Part shown: one piece after another, positions 1 through 11,653 of the stretch
Position numbering within the stretch: the stretch's first letter is position 1
Layout: each line of letters begins with the position of its first letter
Origin: Lingula anatina
Lineage: Eukaryota; Animalia; Brachiopoda
Reading direction: 5' to 3'
Assembly (NCBI GenBank): GCA_051362555.1
Contig: CM120640.1
Span: 15,004,001-15,068,000 of the forward strand
DNA: 64,000 nt
Translations under genes and position numbers: made by a program
Notes under the pieces: generated by a model
What the model was told of the DNA's origin: nothing
Seen by the model: the letters and a program-made list of their open reading frames with translations, nothing else
Databases searched by the model: none

Positions 1-180
1 CATGTCATCTTTTACCGTCTATACACAAGAGGCCATGACAAACCTATCCCCTGGTTGTCTTGGTATTGTTTGTGATTACCATCTCTTCCATATAAAAGGC
101 ACTCACAACTCAGTATTTTGTTTCACATCTATGACAGATCCACAAGCAAATACAGCATATTTTTGGTTTTATGATCTTAC

Positions 181-284
181 CCAGTTCTCGTGAATCTTCA
201 GAAGGTGCAGACCTCACAAAACTCATACAACCCTCTTCAAAGGTAGGGTCAGAACTGTCAATTTTAATGGGAAGGCATGCTTTG
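181..284 (-). CDS. Peroxidase coding exon 5
   Basis: TTTTAG|...G|GTAAG; encodes KACLPIKIDSSDPTFEEGCMSFVRSAP (CxPI..DP..CMxFxRS motif). Confidence 0.9.
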
Positions 285-3200
285 CTAAAAAGAAGAAATG
301 AAAAACAACTTAATTTTGCCTGCTGTAAATAATGTTCATGTCCGAATTACTACTACGTGAAAATTTCACATTGAAAACAAAATATACATACAACTGTATT
401 AATCTATCAACACCAACTTTCAACGCCAACAACATTTCAGAGGCCTGTCTTATGTTGACACAATTTGAGTTATCTATTGCCATTTTAAAATTATTTGGGT
501 TAAATCTAATTGAACCTATACAAAGTTATAATTTGTTTTATTTTTGATAAAAAATATGAAAACGATCTTTTTTGAAAAAAGGTTTTTTTTTAATATCTAT
601 AATTTTTTTTCGAAACCATTTACAGAAAGAAAAAAATTATCACAAGCTGAATCAATATCAATGGAATGTGTTGAGAATTTGACTTTTGTGCATTGTGATA
701 ATCAAAGCAGCATACCTCTGATTCGACATCTTTGGGCAGCAATGTATGAAGTCGCCATTCTCATCTAAAATGGACACATATATAATAAAATATACAGAGA
801 ACATGAACTTTTGAAAATGAGGTATTCTTATCATATCAATTTGTACATAGGTTAAAAATTATGTTTTCTTGAACTATCCACTTGTGTATATGTTTGTCTA
901 TTTGCCTGAAAAACTATCTGTACAGGAAAGGAAAGGCCACCAATAAAATAAAATAAAGATGTAATTAAAGCTGATAATACATAAAAACTATAGAAAGCTG
1001 TATCTTGTGACCTTTATGTTTTTAAAAATTGTGACAGTTAATTTAGGCAAAACAAAAACTTTAATGACAAAAAGACTATTATTACAGAGCTACCGGAAAA
1101 ATAGACGATTTTAAATTTCAATGAACATTACACTTTTTTAACCAATCGAATTCACTATTTACTTTCTACTTAATCAATCAAATTAAATCGATCACGAACC
1201 CACCTGTCACCGGCAAGGTCAAAGTTATGTCATGATCTAAGAACTGCCCCCACTGCATCACCATAAGGGAGAGGGCGCGGTTGTCCAAGGCGGGTTCGTT
1301 ACCGGTATGGATGGCAAGGCTGACAGCACGCGGACCAGGTAACTTAAATCTTCGTCGTCTTCCCATGAAGATCACATCGTCGTCGTCTTGCAGATTGTCA
1401 TCGTCGTCGTCGTCGTCTTGCTGATTGTCATCGTTGTCGCCTTGCTGATGGTCATCTCTTTTCCCTCTTCTGAACACGACGCTGAACTTTCTGGGCTTCT
1501 TTATCCCTACAGTCAAAGGCATTCTATAGGTTAAGGCTACGCGTTGGACCTCCACAAAGCAAAGGAAATCTTTCCACAAAATTTCGAGAGTTTTCCGGTT
1601 TAATGTCAAGATATTCTCTATTCAAAACCGTTCAGAAATTTTTGATAAAATTCTCATCTCTAAACCTTTTTCAAGTTTAAAATTTTCTTAAATCTCCAGC
1701 CTTTTTCTCTATTTAAGTAACACAAAGACAAAGAAAAGTTAGAACTCGAAAACGGGTAAATGAATCTGAATTCTGTGATAAGATTTGAACAGAATGTACC
1801 TTGATGATGAAGGGGGAAATGTTGGAATGTGTTTTCCTTACGCTGTAACTGCTGTGCACTCAAACCATTTCATTAACTTTCATGCTTATCTAACTTTCAG
1901 GATATGACGTGCGAAGCACGCACAATTTAGAAATAATTATAATTCTTACAAAGTAAAAGAATCTTGCCAATGCCTAAATGCTTAACATTTATCAAAATGA
2001 TTTCAATCTATGAATACAAGTTACGTTTTCTATAAAGTTTACTTATATAATAGGCCTATGCACGAAGACTCTTTGAAACTCGGTAAAAGTTTAAAAAAAG
2101 GAATCAGAATGTCAAGGTACCACTCACCATTGGTAATGATGAAGTTAGTAGGGTAGAGGAATTTAAACTACTTGGTATACACCTTAACAGTAAATTGAAT
2201 TGGAAAGATAACACCGTAAAGAGTGTAAAGAAGGCACGGCAAAGACTGTATTTTTTAAGATCATTGAGAACTTTTACTGATAGTGTGCCTATTTTAGTCA
2301 ATTTTTATAGGTGTGTAATTGAAAGCATTCTAGCGTACGGAATTATAATATGGTATAGCGGAACAGCTGGGGAGGAAAGGAAGAAATTAGCAAACGTTGT
2401 AAAAACTGCAAGCAGGATTATCGGACAAGATCTCCCCAAGCTGGATGATATTTTTAAGGACAGGATGGAGAAAAGAATTGTCAACACCATGAAAGACGCT
2501 TTCCATCCTGCATCCTCTCTTTTTACTTTTTTACCAAGCAACAGTAGACTTTTAACTTTTAAAGGCAGTAAACGCTTTTTAAACAGCTTTTATCCAAGTG
2601 CAGTGACGCATTTTAATTTGATCTCAAAGCTAAATTCTTAATTTATTTATTTATTTATTATTTTATTATTTTACTCTGTATATTGCTCCAATGGAAAATG
2701 ATTTCCGATTTTTATAATTGGCTAAATAAACTCTTATCTTATCTTAAAGGCGACGCAAATCAAATATTACGTATTTCCATGAGTATGCGAATTTATTCCT
2801 TACACTTACTAACACCTTACCGTCCTCGTATGAAATTGGTCCCAACCTGTCGAACGCCACCCCGGCACTTCCCCACTCCTTGTTTTCTAGATTGTTACAT
2901 GTGCCGTCCGCAGTTCGGAACTTGGAATCCTTCGCCGAAGTGCAGTCCTTCCCCTTTTCGCTGTCTTTGCTGTCTTTACTGTCTTTGCTTTTCTTGTGAA
3001 GTATGGAAAAGTTGGGCCCAGTGGACGAGCCACCTGGTTCATCTTTTAACTGACCAGCACCTTGCCCACGGTTATTTGATTGTTGTGCCCAAATTATGAG
3101 TGGCAAACTGTAATGTTTAAAAAAAAAGCGCAATTTTGAAATATCCAGAATCGAACATAGCACAAAGTTTGAAGCACACTGAATTGAGTCGATCAAATCG

Positions 3201-3532
3201 GAAATTTGGGGACGATCTGAGTACGAGGAATGTTTGAGTCTCACCACATCAATAATAACTACGTTCAATTTGCCATTCCATGTATTCTGTGCTCAAATAT
3301 TGGCTCCCTACAACCACTTTTCAACCGACAAACCGTCGACATTTTTAGTCTACGTTGTCAAAACAAAACAACAACAACAAAAAAAAAATCGCGTAGAAAA
3401 CACGGTATGCGATTTTATAGCACGCGCCCGTTGCAAATGATATTTAGTTATATTTTAAAGAAAGTACATATTGAGATGTCGTCTATAAACAGCTCACCTG
3501 ATAAACAAAAGCAAAACAGCCAATTTCCCCAT
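181..3532 (-). CDS. Secreted animal heme peroxidase (peroxinectin/chorion peroxidase/MPO family), 5' part; exons 3532-3498, 3107-2821, 1506-1204, 764-716, 284-181; continues beyond the left edge
   Basis: Spliced protein reads MGKLAVLLLFISLPLIIWA (signal peptide)...KFRTADGTCNNLENKEWGSAGVAFDRLGPISYEDG...LPGPRAVS...MQWGQFLDHDITLT (distal His motif)...HCCP...ACLPIKIDSSDPTFEEGCMSFVRS. All introns are GT-AG with compatible phases (2,1,1,2,1). Confidence 0.93.
716..764 (-). CDS. Peroxidase coding exon 4 (49 nt)
   Basis: TTTTAG|...AG|GTATG; encodes DENGDFIHCCPKMSNQS and bridges phase 1 to phase 2, as needed between exons 3 and 5. Confidence 0.85.
1204..1506 (-). CDS. Peroxidase coding exon 3 (acidic insert and distal His helix)
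   Basis: Acceptor TGTAG|, donor G|GTGGGT; encodes LPGPRAVS and WGQFLDHD. Confidence 0.92.
2087..2672 (+). mobile_element. 5'-truncated non-LTR retrotransposon (Rex1/Babar-like LINE, C-terminus of the RT ORF) with an (ATTT)n-type tail
   Basis: Frame open 2087-2641: PLTIGNDEVSRVEEFKLLGIHLNSKLNW...VKKARQRLYFLRSLR...FYRCVIESIL.YGI.IWY...HPASSLFTFLPS...RFLNSFYPSAV. The stop is followed directly by TTTATTTATTTATTTATT. Confidence 0.9.
2821..3107 (-). CDS. Peroxidase coding exon 2
   Basis: Acceptor TTACAG|, donor G|GTAAG; encodes FRTADGTCNNL...WG...FDRL...YEDG. Confidence 0.92.
3498..3532 (-). CDS. Peroxidase coding exon 1 (start of signal peptide)
   Basis: ATG GGG AAA TTG GCT...ATC AG|GTGAG; joins exon 2 in frame to give a continuous hydrophobic signal peptide. 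Confidence 0.85.
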
Positions 3533-3640
3533 CTCCTACACTCCCTTTCTTTCTGATTAAAGTGAACGTAATCTCTTGTGGTGGCCTTTGGTAGTTCCGT
3601 CTCCTTCAACCTAGACGGAACATGCACATGTGTATGTATG

Positions 3641-3652
3641 TATATATATATA
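3641..3652 (-). promoter_or_regulatory. Possible TATA box of the peroxidase gene
   Basis: TATATATATATA about 110 nt upstream of the peroxidase ATG; it could simply be a (TA)n microsatellite. Confidence 0.3.
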
Positions 3653-4981
3653 TGGAGAAACGACTATAATTTCCAAATGTCTCGGGGTCACTGCTGTCTA
3701 TCTTGACTTATCTACATCAGTTTCTTAACCTGTGATGTCATTATATCTATCTCCATAACGTTCCACTTGCAGAGTGGCCAGTCGGTCGACCAGACATATT
3801 CAACTCCTGTATTTTTTTTTTTTTTTTTTTTTTTTTGTTCTTTGTCTGTTTAACATGACTTTTTGACAAATCACAGAAGTGAGAAAAATTGTGGGAAAAA
3901 GGCAAGAGCAATTTTGCTTTGCAGTGGTTACTTTTATAATCAGTATTATTATTATATATCCGACGATCGAAAAACCAACGAGCCATTAAATAATTATTTG
4001 ATGGTTCGTTAGTTTTAATTATTATCGTCATTATTATTATCCTCTTCATATTAGTCGGCTACTTTTTAATATGGCAACGGGCGTACAAATGATCTTAGAA
4101 GGCGGGTTATCAGACGATCGACAAACTAACGACCAATCAAATCTTCATTTAAAACATCTCAAGGACGTTGGCATAAAACTTTATATTCTTGTCTGCAATC
4201 AGCACTGTTAATTATACGGTTCATTCAGAGTTCAAGTGCAGCATAATAATTTTGATCATTAAAAACTGATAACATACCTTGCGACACCTGCAGCCCTTAT
4301 GTAATCAACGTTTCGTAAGCTTGCAGACGTGATTTTATCAACTTGAAATTAAGTGAACGCATATCATTTAATTACTTATCTATGAATTATTCATTGCCTT
4401 CACACTTTTCTACCATCAGTATACAACGTATCTTATATCAGTTTCTCAAAACCGCACAATAATAGTACAATAACTTAAAATCAGGGAATGAATCGCAATT
4501 ATAAAACTAATACACTTTGATGAATTACACAATTGACGAGTGGGTAGACATAGGACCAACGCAGACAGCAAATACTTAATATGCCACATATACATTGTTG
4601 CTCCGATATCGGGTCCAGGATTAAATGTTTCACTAACGGGGTTTAAAGGAAATGATATCATCCGTAAAATGAGAGTTCGTCGTCTGATAAGCAGACTGTA
4701 CGCTTCGAAGTTTTTCTTTTCTCGGAACTTATATTATGATAATATGTTTTTTTTTTTTCATTGGGCTCGGGGACTCTCGCTGAATGCAGTCAGATTAACA
4801 GATTACTGTGCCTCTTGGTGTTTCCAACGCAAGCTGGTGATTAGACGTTAGCAAGAGGCTGACGTCATTCCTTTGCAAAAATTCTCGCTGGACAGAAATA
4901 TCCGTAAATATCTAGTAAGAAAGCCCTCCGTGACCCCGTGGGCCTGGTAGAGGGTTGACAGAGAACAGTGTGCAGCGAGGG

Positions 4982-5192
4982 CCCCCTTTACACTTGACGG
5001 TGTCCTTTCGGTGTACCGTAGAACGGCCCCGTTTGAGAATAAAAAATACTTTACGTGCCGACAACTAGCCTATCATTGAGCACTCATTCTGCAACCAAAA
5101 CGATGCTTGTGCCTCCTTTCTAAGACCACAGCGATGCCAGTTTCATGGTAGCACAAAAGATACAGAAAGGACGCCGTCCAGTGTACAGGGGG
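4982..5192. mobile_element. MITE-like element with ~30-bp imperfect terminal inverted repeats (possibly PIF/Harbinger type)
   Basis: CCCCCTTTACACTTGACGGTGTCCTTTC (from 4982) pairs with GAAAGGACGCCGTCCAGTGTACAGGGGG (to 5192); no clean TSD. Confidence 0.6.
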
Positions 5193-8100
5193 TTTAAAAG
5201 CCATTATACGTGACGTGCCTCATCGCCAGTCGTGCTCAAATACCAGTTGTTTGTCACGTTGCAATTTTGAGGATTTTTTAAAATAAACAAATTTACTTGC
5301 CTTATTTTGAGATGCGCACTTGGATTTTGCTGGCTAAATGCCACTCAGAGGTAAGATGCCAGGGACTGGCTCAATTAGTAGTAGGCACAATTCCGCTCAA
5401 AAGAACGTAGTCCATGCAGTCGATCTGCTTGCCTGGTCAAAACAACCGTTCAACTGTGGTCTAAAGTAGTAGTCGGCACAGTTATATAGTCATTCATTTG
5501 TTGTGATTTAGTTATAATTATCACGTGCGCGTTTTGCCTACGGGGGGGTGGGGGGGGGGTAACGGCTTGTCATCAAAGAAAAATAATGTAGGCCTATAGC
5601 ACCGTACTTACTGTTCCCATTTCTATTTCCATCAGACAATCTTTCCTTAACTATATACATCGCTTATCGCTGTTTTTTTATTCTTAAAGGCAATTTATTA
5701 TAATTTATTATTATTACACACAACTATGTTTATCATCTCAATGAGATATTCACAAATTTTCGAACAGAATGTATACAAATTTTCGAACAGAACTCACGCT
5801 GACTACCAACAGACTATCATTAACTGTGATGACGTTGGTTTGTCCAAACGAGGACATCAGTTTGTCAAGGGTGGTTTACCTGAGCGGTGTCGTAACCTGT
5901 ATGCGGAAGTTTTACCATCAACGGTCACTGTTGGTTCACCTGGGGTTCACCTGAGAAATGTAAATAAGGTAAATCTGACACCAACCGACACGTGAAGACG
6001 CAACGTCGCCACGGTCATTATAGTCATTATCTCTTAACAGCCACAATGAGTTGAAATTTAAAATTGACTTAGCCATTTGGCGCGTAAGTTACAGTGTATA
6101 TTATCTCAACTGAATATCTAATAACCTTCGTAAACATTTATATTCTCAAATGCATTACATTATTGGTCAAAAATATAGAGGGTTCTCTATCCTTTCATCA
6201 ACCTCTGCAGAATTTAATGTGTACGTGAAAAATAAGACGTTGATTGTGGTGAATTAATCGACGCTCTCGTAAAAAAATATTCTCTCGTGTCCTGTTGAAA
6301 TTTCCCTACAGGATCCTTTGCTCTGAATGTACCAATGTTAAAATGAGGCAACGTGCAGTATTTTTGCCAAAAATAAATAATTTTGTGCCTTTACACGCCA
6401 TATGTAATCAATTGATCTGAGGTTCAAAATTAATAAATTTCATTCGTCTTTCAAAAAGAAACCTAGTTTTTTAATCAGACGAGAAAGTCCAGAACTGATA
6501 AACGGTAAAAGATCAAGTGTATTGAAAATAGATATATTAACATGAAAATATATTTCTATCTTTGTAAATGGATTGGAAAATTTATTTTTGGTCCGGTTAT
6601 TCATTACTTTAGAACCCCGACTTTGTCAATAGCATTATATTATAGTCGAGCAACATCCTCCTATAATTTTCAGAATCTATCGGTTTTGTTATCATGTTTT
6701 AAAAGTAGGCTAGTTCTAGAAGTATGTCTTTGTGATATTTAGCACAACACAGGTAGGTAAAAAAATTTAAGGATGCAGAAAAAAGGGCTTTGATGAAAAA
6801 TTCCTTGACACACTGAAAACTCCCTCTTGCCTGATACATCCAAAATAGGACCCATGGAAATGAGTTGGAACCTCGGTCAAAGAAAGCTATTTTATCAAAT
6901 CAGTGATGAGAGCAAAAACGTGCTGCCTACAAATGCAATCTGCTAATTTAGCTGAAATTTATTTTAGAAAAGCACCATTATAGTACGTATGGCGTGTACA
7001 CGTGTACATGTATCTATTATCATTCAAATTATCATATTATTGTTTAAACTAACTACACAACTAACTAACTAACTAAATCAAAGATGAAGAAATTAGACCC
7101 CTGGTACAAAAAACCAGGAAAGCAGGCGAGGAATGCGTCTTCAATGCCCTTCAATAACATGTCTGGCACAAACATAGTTATCAATGCTGTCTTGGGATAC
7201 CGGGTCAGCCGCCGTATCACACATATTCATGGACAGGGATGTAATATTGTAAGATCAGTCCAAGATATCAGTGGGAATGTACCACCAGTGACGGTTTCTC
7301 CTGACGCTAGAGTACTAGTTAGCGTTTTAATTAAAGATAATGACGATTTCTATCGGGTCGTCGATGACTTGATCTCGCACGTTATCACCAGGGCCCGGTT
7401 GCACCAAATGGTCGAAAGTAAGGCGTGGCCGTTGCGCCGGCGTAAATCCAGCGCAAAACGCTACGCCCGAGAAAAGCCAGTTGCACCAAACTGGAATAGT
7501 GTTAAGTCGTAAATTAACGCCTGCCAGCTAAGTGGTGTATGTCGGTCGTAGCTCGTTTTCCACTATGGCTAGGTTGGCAAAAAGAGAGTGTGATGACAAT
7601 TATCGTAGTTTACGTGGAAAATGTGGGTTATTTTTTTGTTTCTCCCACAAAGCTTCCGTCTGTATAACTGAGCAGTGGCTTGGTTTTTAAAACACTAATA
7701 TATATATATATAGCCGTCTCATCGTAAATTTTATGTTTGTTGAAATAAGACGAGGAAATTGTGAGCTGATGTCGGTAATGTTAACAAATGCTTATGTAAA
7801 ATTTTCTAATATGGTAGGAATACATGTATGTAGCCATGTATATATGCTTGTGTATATGTTCAATTTAAATCTTACCAAACATGTCGGTAAGTCTTGGCTC
7901 TCAGCAGTTCGATTTCTTTATTTCTTTTCACAATTTTTGACAAATATTAGCTAACCATAGTCATTTTTATTCACATTTTATATTACTTTATATAAACATA
8001 TAGACTGACGCTTAGAATATCAACATTTAAAGGCTCATATAATTTGTATTAGGGCGCTTGTATTTTTTAAACTACAAGATGTAAGCTCCCTTAATTTAAA

Positions 8101-8399
8101 TGATATCACGTTGTAACTATAGATAAATAGGTCAATAAATTGTTGACCCTGTTGTAAAATTATAAACAAGAAAGCAATGTTGGCGTTAAAAGTGCAATTT
8201 TGGCATTATTTTCAGACTCAAAAGGTAGAATAACAAATGTGAAGGTGTTCAAATCCATTAATTGGAATACGTCCTGTCTCCGCCGCGTTTTTCTCATTTA
8301 CAACAGGCTTCAATCAAATGTAGCTTATGAATTTCTCCATCAGTGAAATGCTCATTTTGTGTTTATTTATGTCGTCATTCTATTATGACTGCATCTGCG

Positions 8400-8750
8400 A
8401 ACTCCTCATTTGCCTAAATATTTTATCCACGTATAGTTGGGCAGCGATGCAACGAAGCGTTACTCGGGCGTTGTTTTTTGTCTTGGTGCAACGCGTGGGG
8501 AGGCGTGTGAGAGGCGGAAAGCCATTACAGGATTAAGCGGTCTTCCTTTCATGTAGGTCCGCCATATTTAGGTCGTGGCCTAGCTAGCACTCGGCTCTTC
8601 TCATTCTGAATGGCCTCATAGCTACGTATGCATTGTGGTAACAGAGACATGATTTGTTGCAGGACGGCACAACTACCAAGCACAGCTACCACAGTTTTCA
8701 CTGAAAAAATGTAAAAACCACAGACAGTGCCCATTCAGCATCGTAGCAAG
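8400..8750. promoter_or_regulatory. CpG-rich promoter-like region with YY1 motif; candidate distal promoter of the tincar-like gene
   Basis: Dense CpG, CCGCCATATT at ~8559, GCGGAAA ETS-like site at ~8514; CpG becomes scarce from ~8900 rightward. Confidence 0.45.
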
Positions 8751-9682
8751 AATGTATTTACCAATTCTTGGTAGTCAGTTTTTAAAATTAGTTTTTATTA
8801 TGGCAATGCCTGAACTAAATGCAGTTTCCCGACTCGTGCATGTAACATGCCATTGCCCTACTCAAGTTAATTGTGGAAAATCTCCGAACATGCAACATAA
8901 AGCAGAACTGGTGCACAGTTTAATAAGGGTTTAAAAACGACTGGGCCTTTACCCAATTGGTGTATATATTTCGATTTCTAATTTTTATTCAAAATATAAT
9001 TAAATACAAAAATAAAATCTATAAAAATGAAATCTCTTCAACAAACTCTAGATAATTTCCCAATATCATTGTTTACACTCAAGTCAAAAAAATTGGATTT
9101 AAAGTTTTTGCAATGGAATAAAGAAAATAACAATGGAAAGCAGCCTGTTAGTGGTTACTTCACAGCAAATCCTTGAGGGAACAATAAGATGCAATTCACA
9201 ATGGATTTGTTAATTTATATGCTTGGGTTGGAAAATATTTTCTTATCATTACCTTACACTGTACTTGAGCCCTTTTCCAGATAAGTTTTGCTACTTTTCA
9301 CACAAAGCAGATGAGGATGATTATAATACATGCAATTGGCAAAAAAAAAAAAAAAAAAAAAAAAAAACCACAGCATTTCACCACTGTACCAGAAGCAGCG
9401 AAACATGGGAGTGGCAGTAGAACAAGCTCAGTTTTCCTTGTGTGCAATATTTAGGGAAGTTATGACCCGTATTTAACAATCTAAGCCATAATTTGAACAA
9501 AAGTTTCAATTAATCATATATTTCATGCAATGCCTATTGTCTGGGTTGATACACAATAAAATCTTATTAAATCCTACAAAACTAGCCTTATCTTTAAAAT
9601 GTGAAATAATGTAAGTATCTGCATGTGCTTTGTGCTCTCACCATATAAATGGAGACTTTCCGTTCTGGTTTGCAACCTCTTT

Positions 9683-9719
<37 letters not shown>

Positions 9720-11398
9720 AATGATAAAACCTGATCAAATCTAGCATTTAAAGCAGTTTCAATCCAGATTGTCCAGATTGTGCTTCTCTGTAATATGTAA
9801 CTGCATTATCAAAAAGTTGTACAAAATATGCTGTGTGGAAGGTTTAACTTGGATAAATGTTGATATGCATAAAAGGTACTCTGCAGAATACATTAAACAC
9901 ATGAGTAAATGATGTTAGTACCTTTGCACTGAAAACAGACCTTGGGGGATTTATTTGAAAAGTCATAAGATGTTTCTTATCCAATATAACCAAAATTACA
10001 ATATTTGCAGCTTTTGAAATCACAATAGTTAATATAAAGAGAATCGGACTGGCATTCATACTATACTTTTCGTAATCATAAGAGTCAATACTACGAATAC
10101 CAACATGAACTAAGTCATATTTAGCCAACTCAATACACACAAAAGTTTGAGGAAGCAAGCAGGATGCTCTCTATATCTCTCCCTTACTTCTCCTGCATCG
10201 TTTTTGTACCTGTTGAGTGTAGTGTAATTATTTGGTCAGTGGTCACCAGTCTTTACCTCAATCAATAACCAGTACCCGAGATCAATTGGTTCCCACAACA
10301 GGGTTAAGCAAAATATTGACCTAATAATTCTACTTCATATCATTCCATGTGTTTCTCGATACACAAGAGTTGGCAATTAAAATAAACTATTTGCAGCTTA
10401 CAGGCATGTTCCATCCAAAATATTTCTGATATGGACTGAGGTGAGAAGGGACAAATGATTATATGTGGACATATGGAATCGTGATGAAATATATGTGTTA
10501 AAAGTAATTCACCTCCAGGACCAGTTCTCCCGGGTTCACTTGAACCACTCCCCTTCCTGGGCTGCCACTTGACACCAGGCTGGAGAGGTTTTCTTAAGGG
10601 CCCTTCTTTTCATTCATAAAATAATCTGGCTGGTTGGAGGGCTACATTAGATGTGAAAGCAAACGTGGTCACACAGGCAAAGGTAATTAAAAAAATATAT
10701 ATAATATGTTTAAGTGACAGTTTTGAATGTCTTTTTTTTCTTACTTTTTTAACAGTTTTTTAGCAAAATCAAAGCTGGTTAAATATACTTAAGCATTAAG
10801 AATCATTAAACAATATGGTTTAGTTATAAAATTTTCAATGCATTTTGACCTGAGAAAACCAGTACACTTAAGACACCATGAAGAGAGGACAGTTTCACAC
10901 ATCAGCATATCTAAGTGGATCCTTAACTTCTATGGTTAATACCTGTCATGCTATAAAAAAGCGATTTGATCTTCAAAGTATTTTATCAGGCAAATGTAGC
11001 AGGTACAAATTCTAATTTTACGTAGTTGTTGAAAGTGTCATTATTATTTTAATAGTCAGTGTCATTATTATTTTATTAAAATAATGAAGACAGAATCACT
11101 GCAGTAATGCAAATGAGAAAAAACAGGCATGACATGTACTTGGGAACACAGCTGATGAGATGTCAGTGATTCTTTTATTTGATTGATTGATGCAGATTTA
11201 TACAAAAGTAAAGAACACTATACCATCTTCACTATGACAGTTAGCAGCTAGGTTGACAAGTCATTAGAGTTAATCATCATTGTTTTGTGACAGCAATGCT
11301 GTGTCTGTCTTTGGCCCATTGAAATGATTGCTGTGAACGATTGAATGTAGTTTCACCTGTCTGTCTTCTTACATGTGTAAATAAGATGATTTAGTCAG

Positions 11399-11653
11399 CA
11401 GCGGCGGATTTAGGGGGTGTTAGGGGGGTCTTGCCCCTTCAGATCCTGAAAAAATAGAATTTTGACTAGCTGACTCAAAGTTCTAAACCCTACCGAATGG
11501 CACTGTACATCCTTCAAAATACCTATTTTTTTTCGGGCTCTTCATTAGGCCCTAAACCCCACGCCAAGGGGGCGAGGGTCAGCTTTACATCCGAGGCCTG
11601 CGATTCCTAAAAAACTCCCCCCCCCCCTTCAAATAATCCTGGATCTGCCCCTG
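11399..11653. mobile_element. Non-autonomous DNA transposon (MITE) with CAG...CTG ends and 5-bp TSD GTCAG
   Basis: Left end CAGCGGCGGATTT; right end reverse-complements to CAGGGGCAGATCC; GTCAG flanks both sides (11394-11398, 11654-11658); GC-rich island in AT-rich DNA. Confidence 0.75.

Noticed and set aside
5752-5792. 18-bp direct repeat ACAAATTTTCGAACAGAA x2
   Set aside because: Only two copies 5 bp apart; a local duplication, not CRISPR-like.
7084-7512. 142-aa ORF on the + strand
   Set aside because: No recognisable motif or splice context; the 3' part overlaps repeat-like GGCCCGGTTGCACCA sequence.
7391-8495. Possible 1.1-kb element bounded by GGTTGCACCA and TGGTGCAACG
   Set aside because: Only ~9-10 bp match and no TSD; cannot be told from chance.
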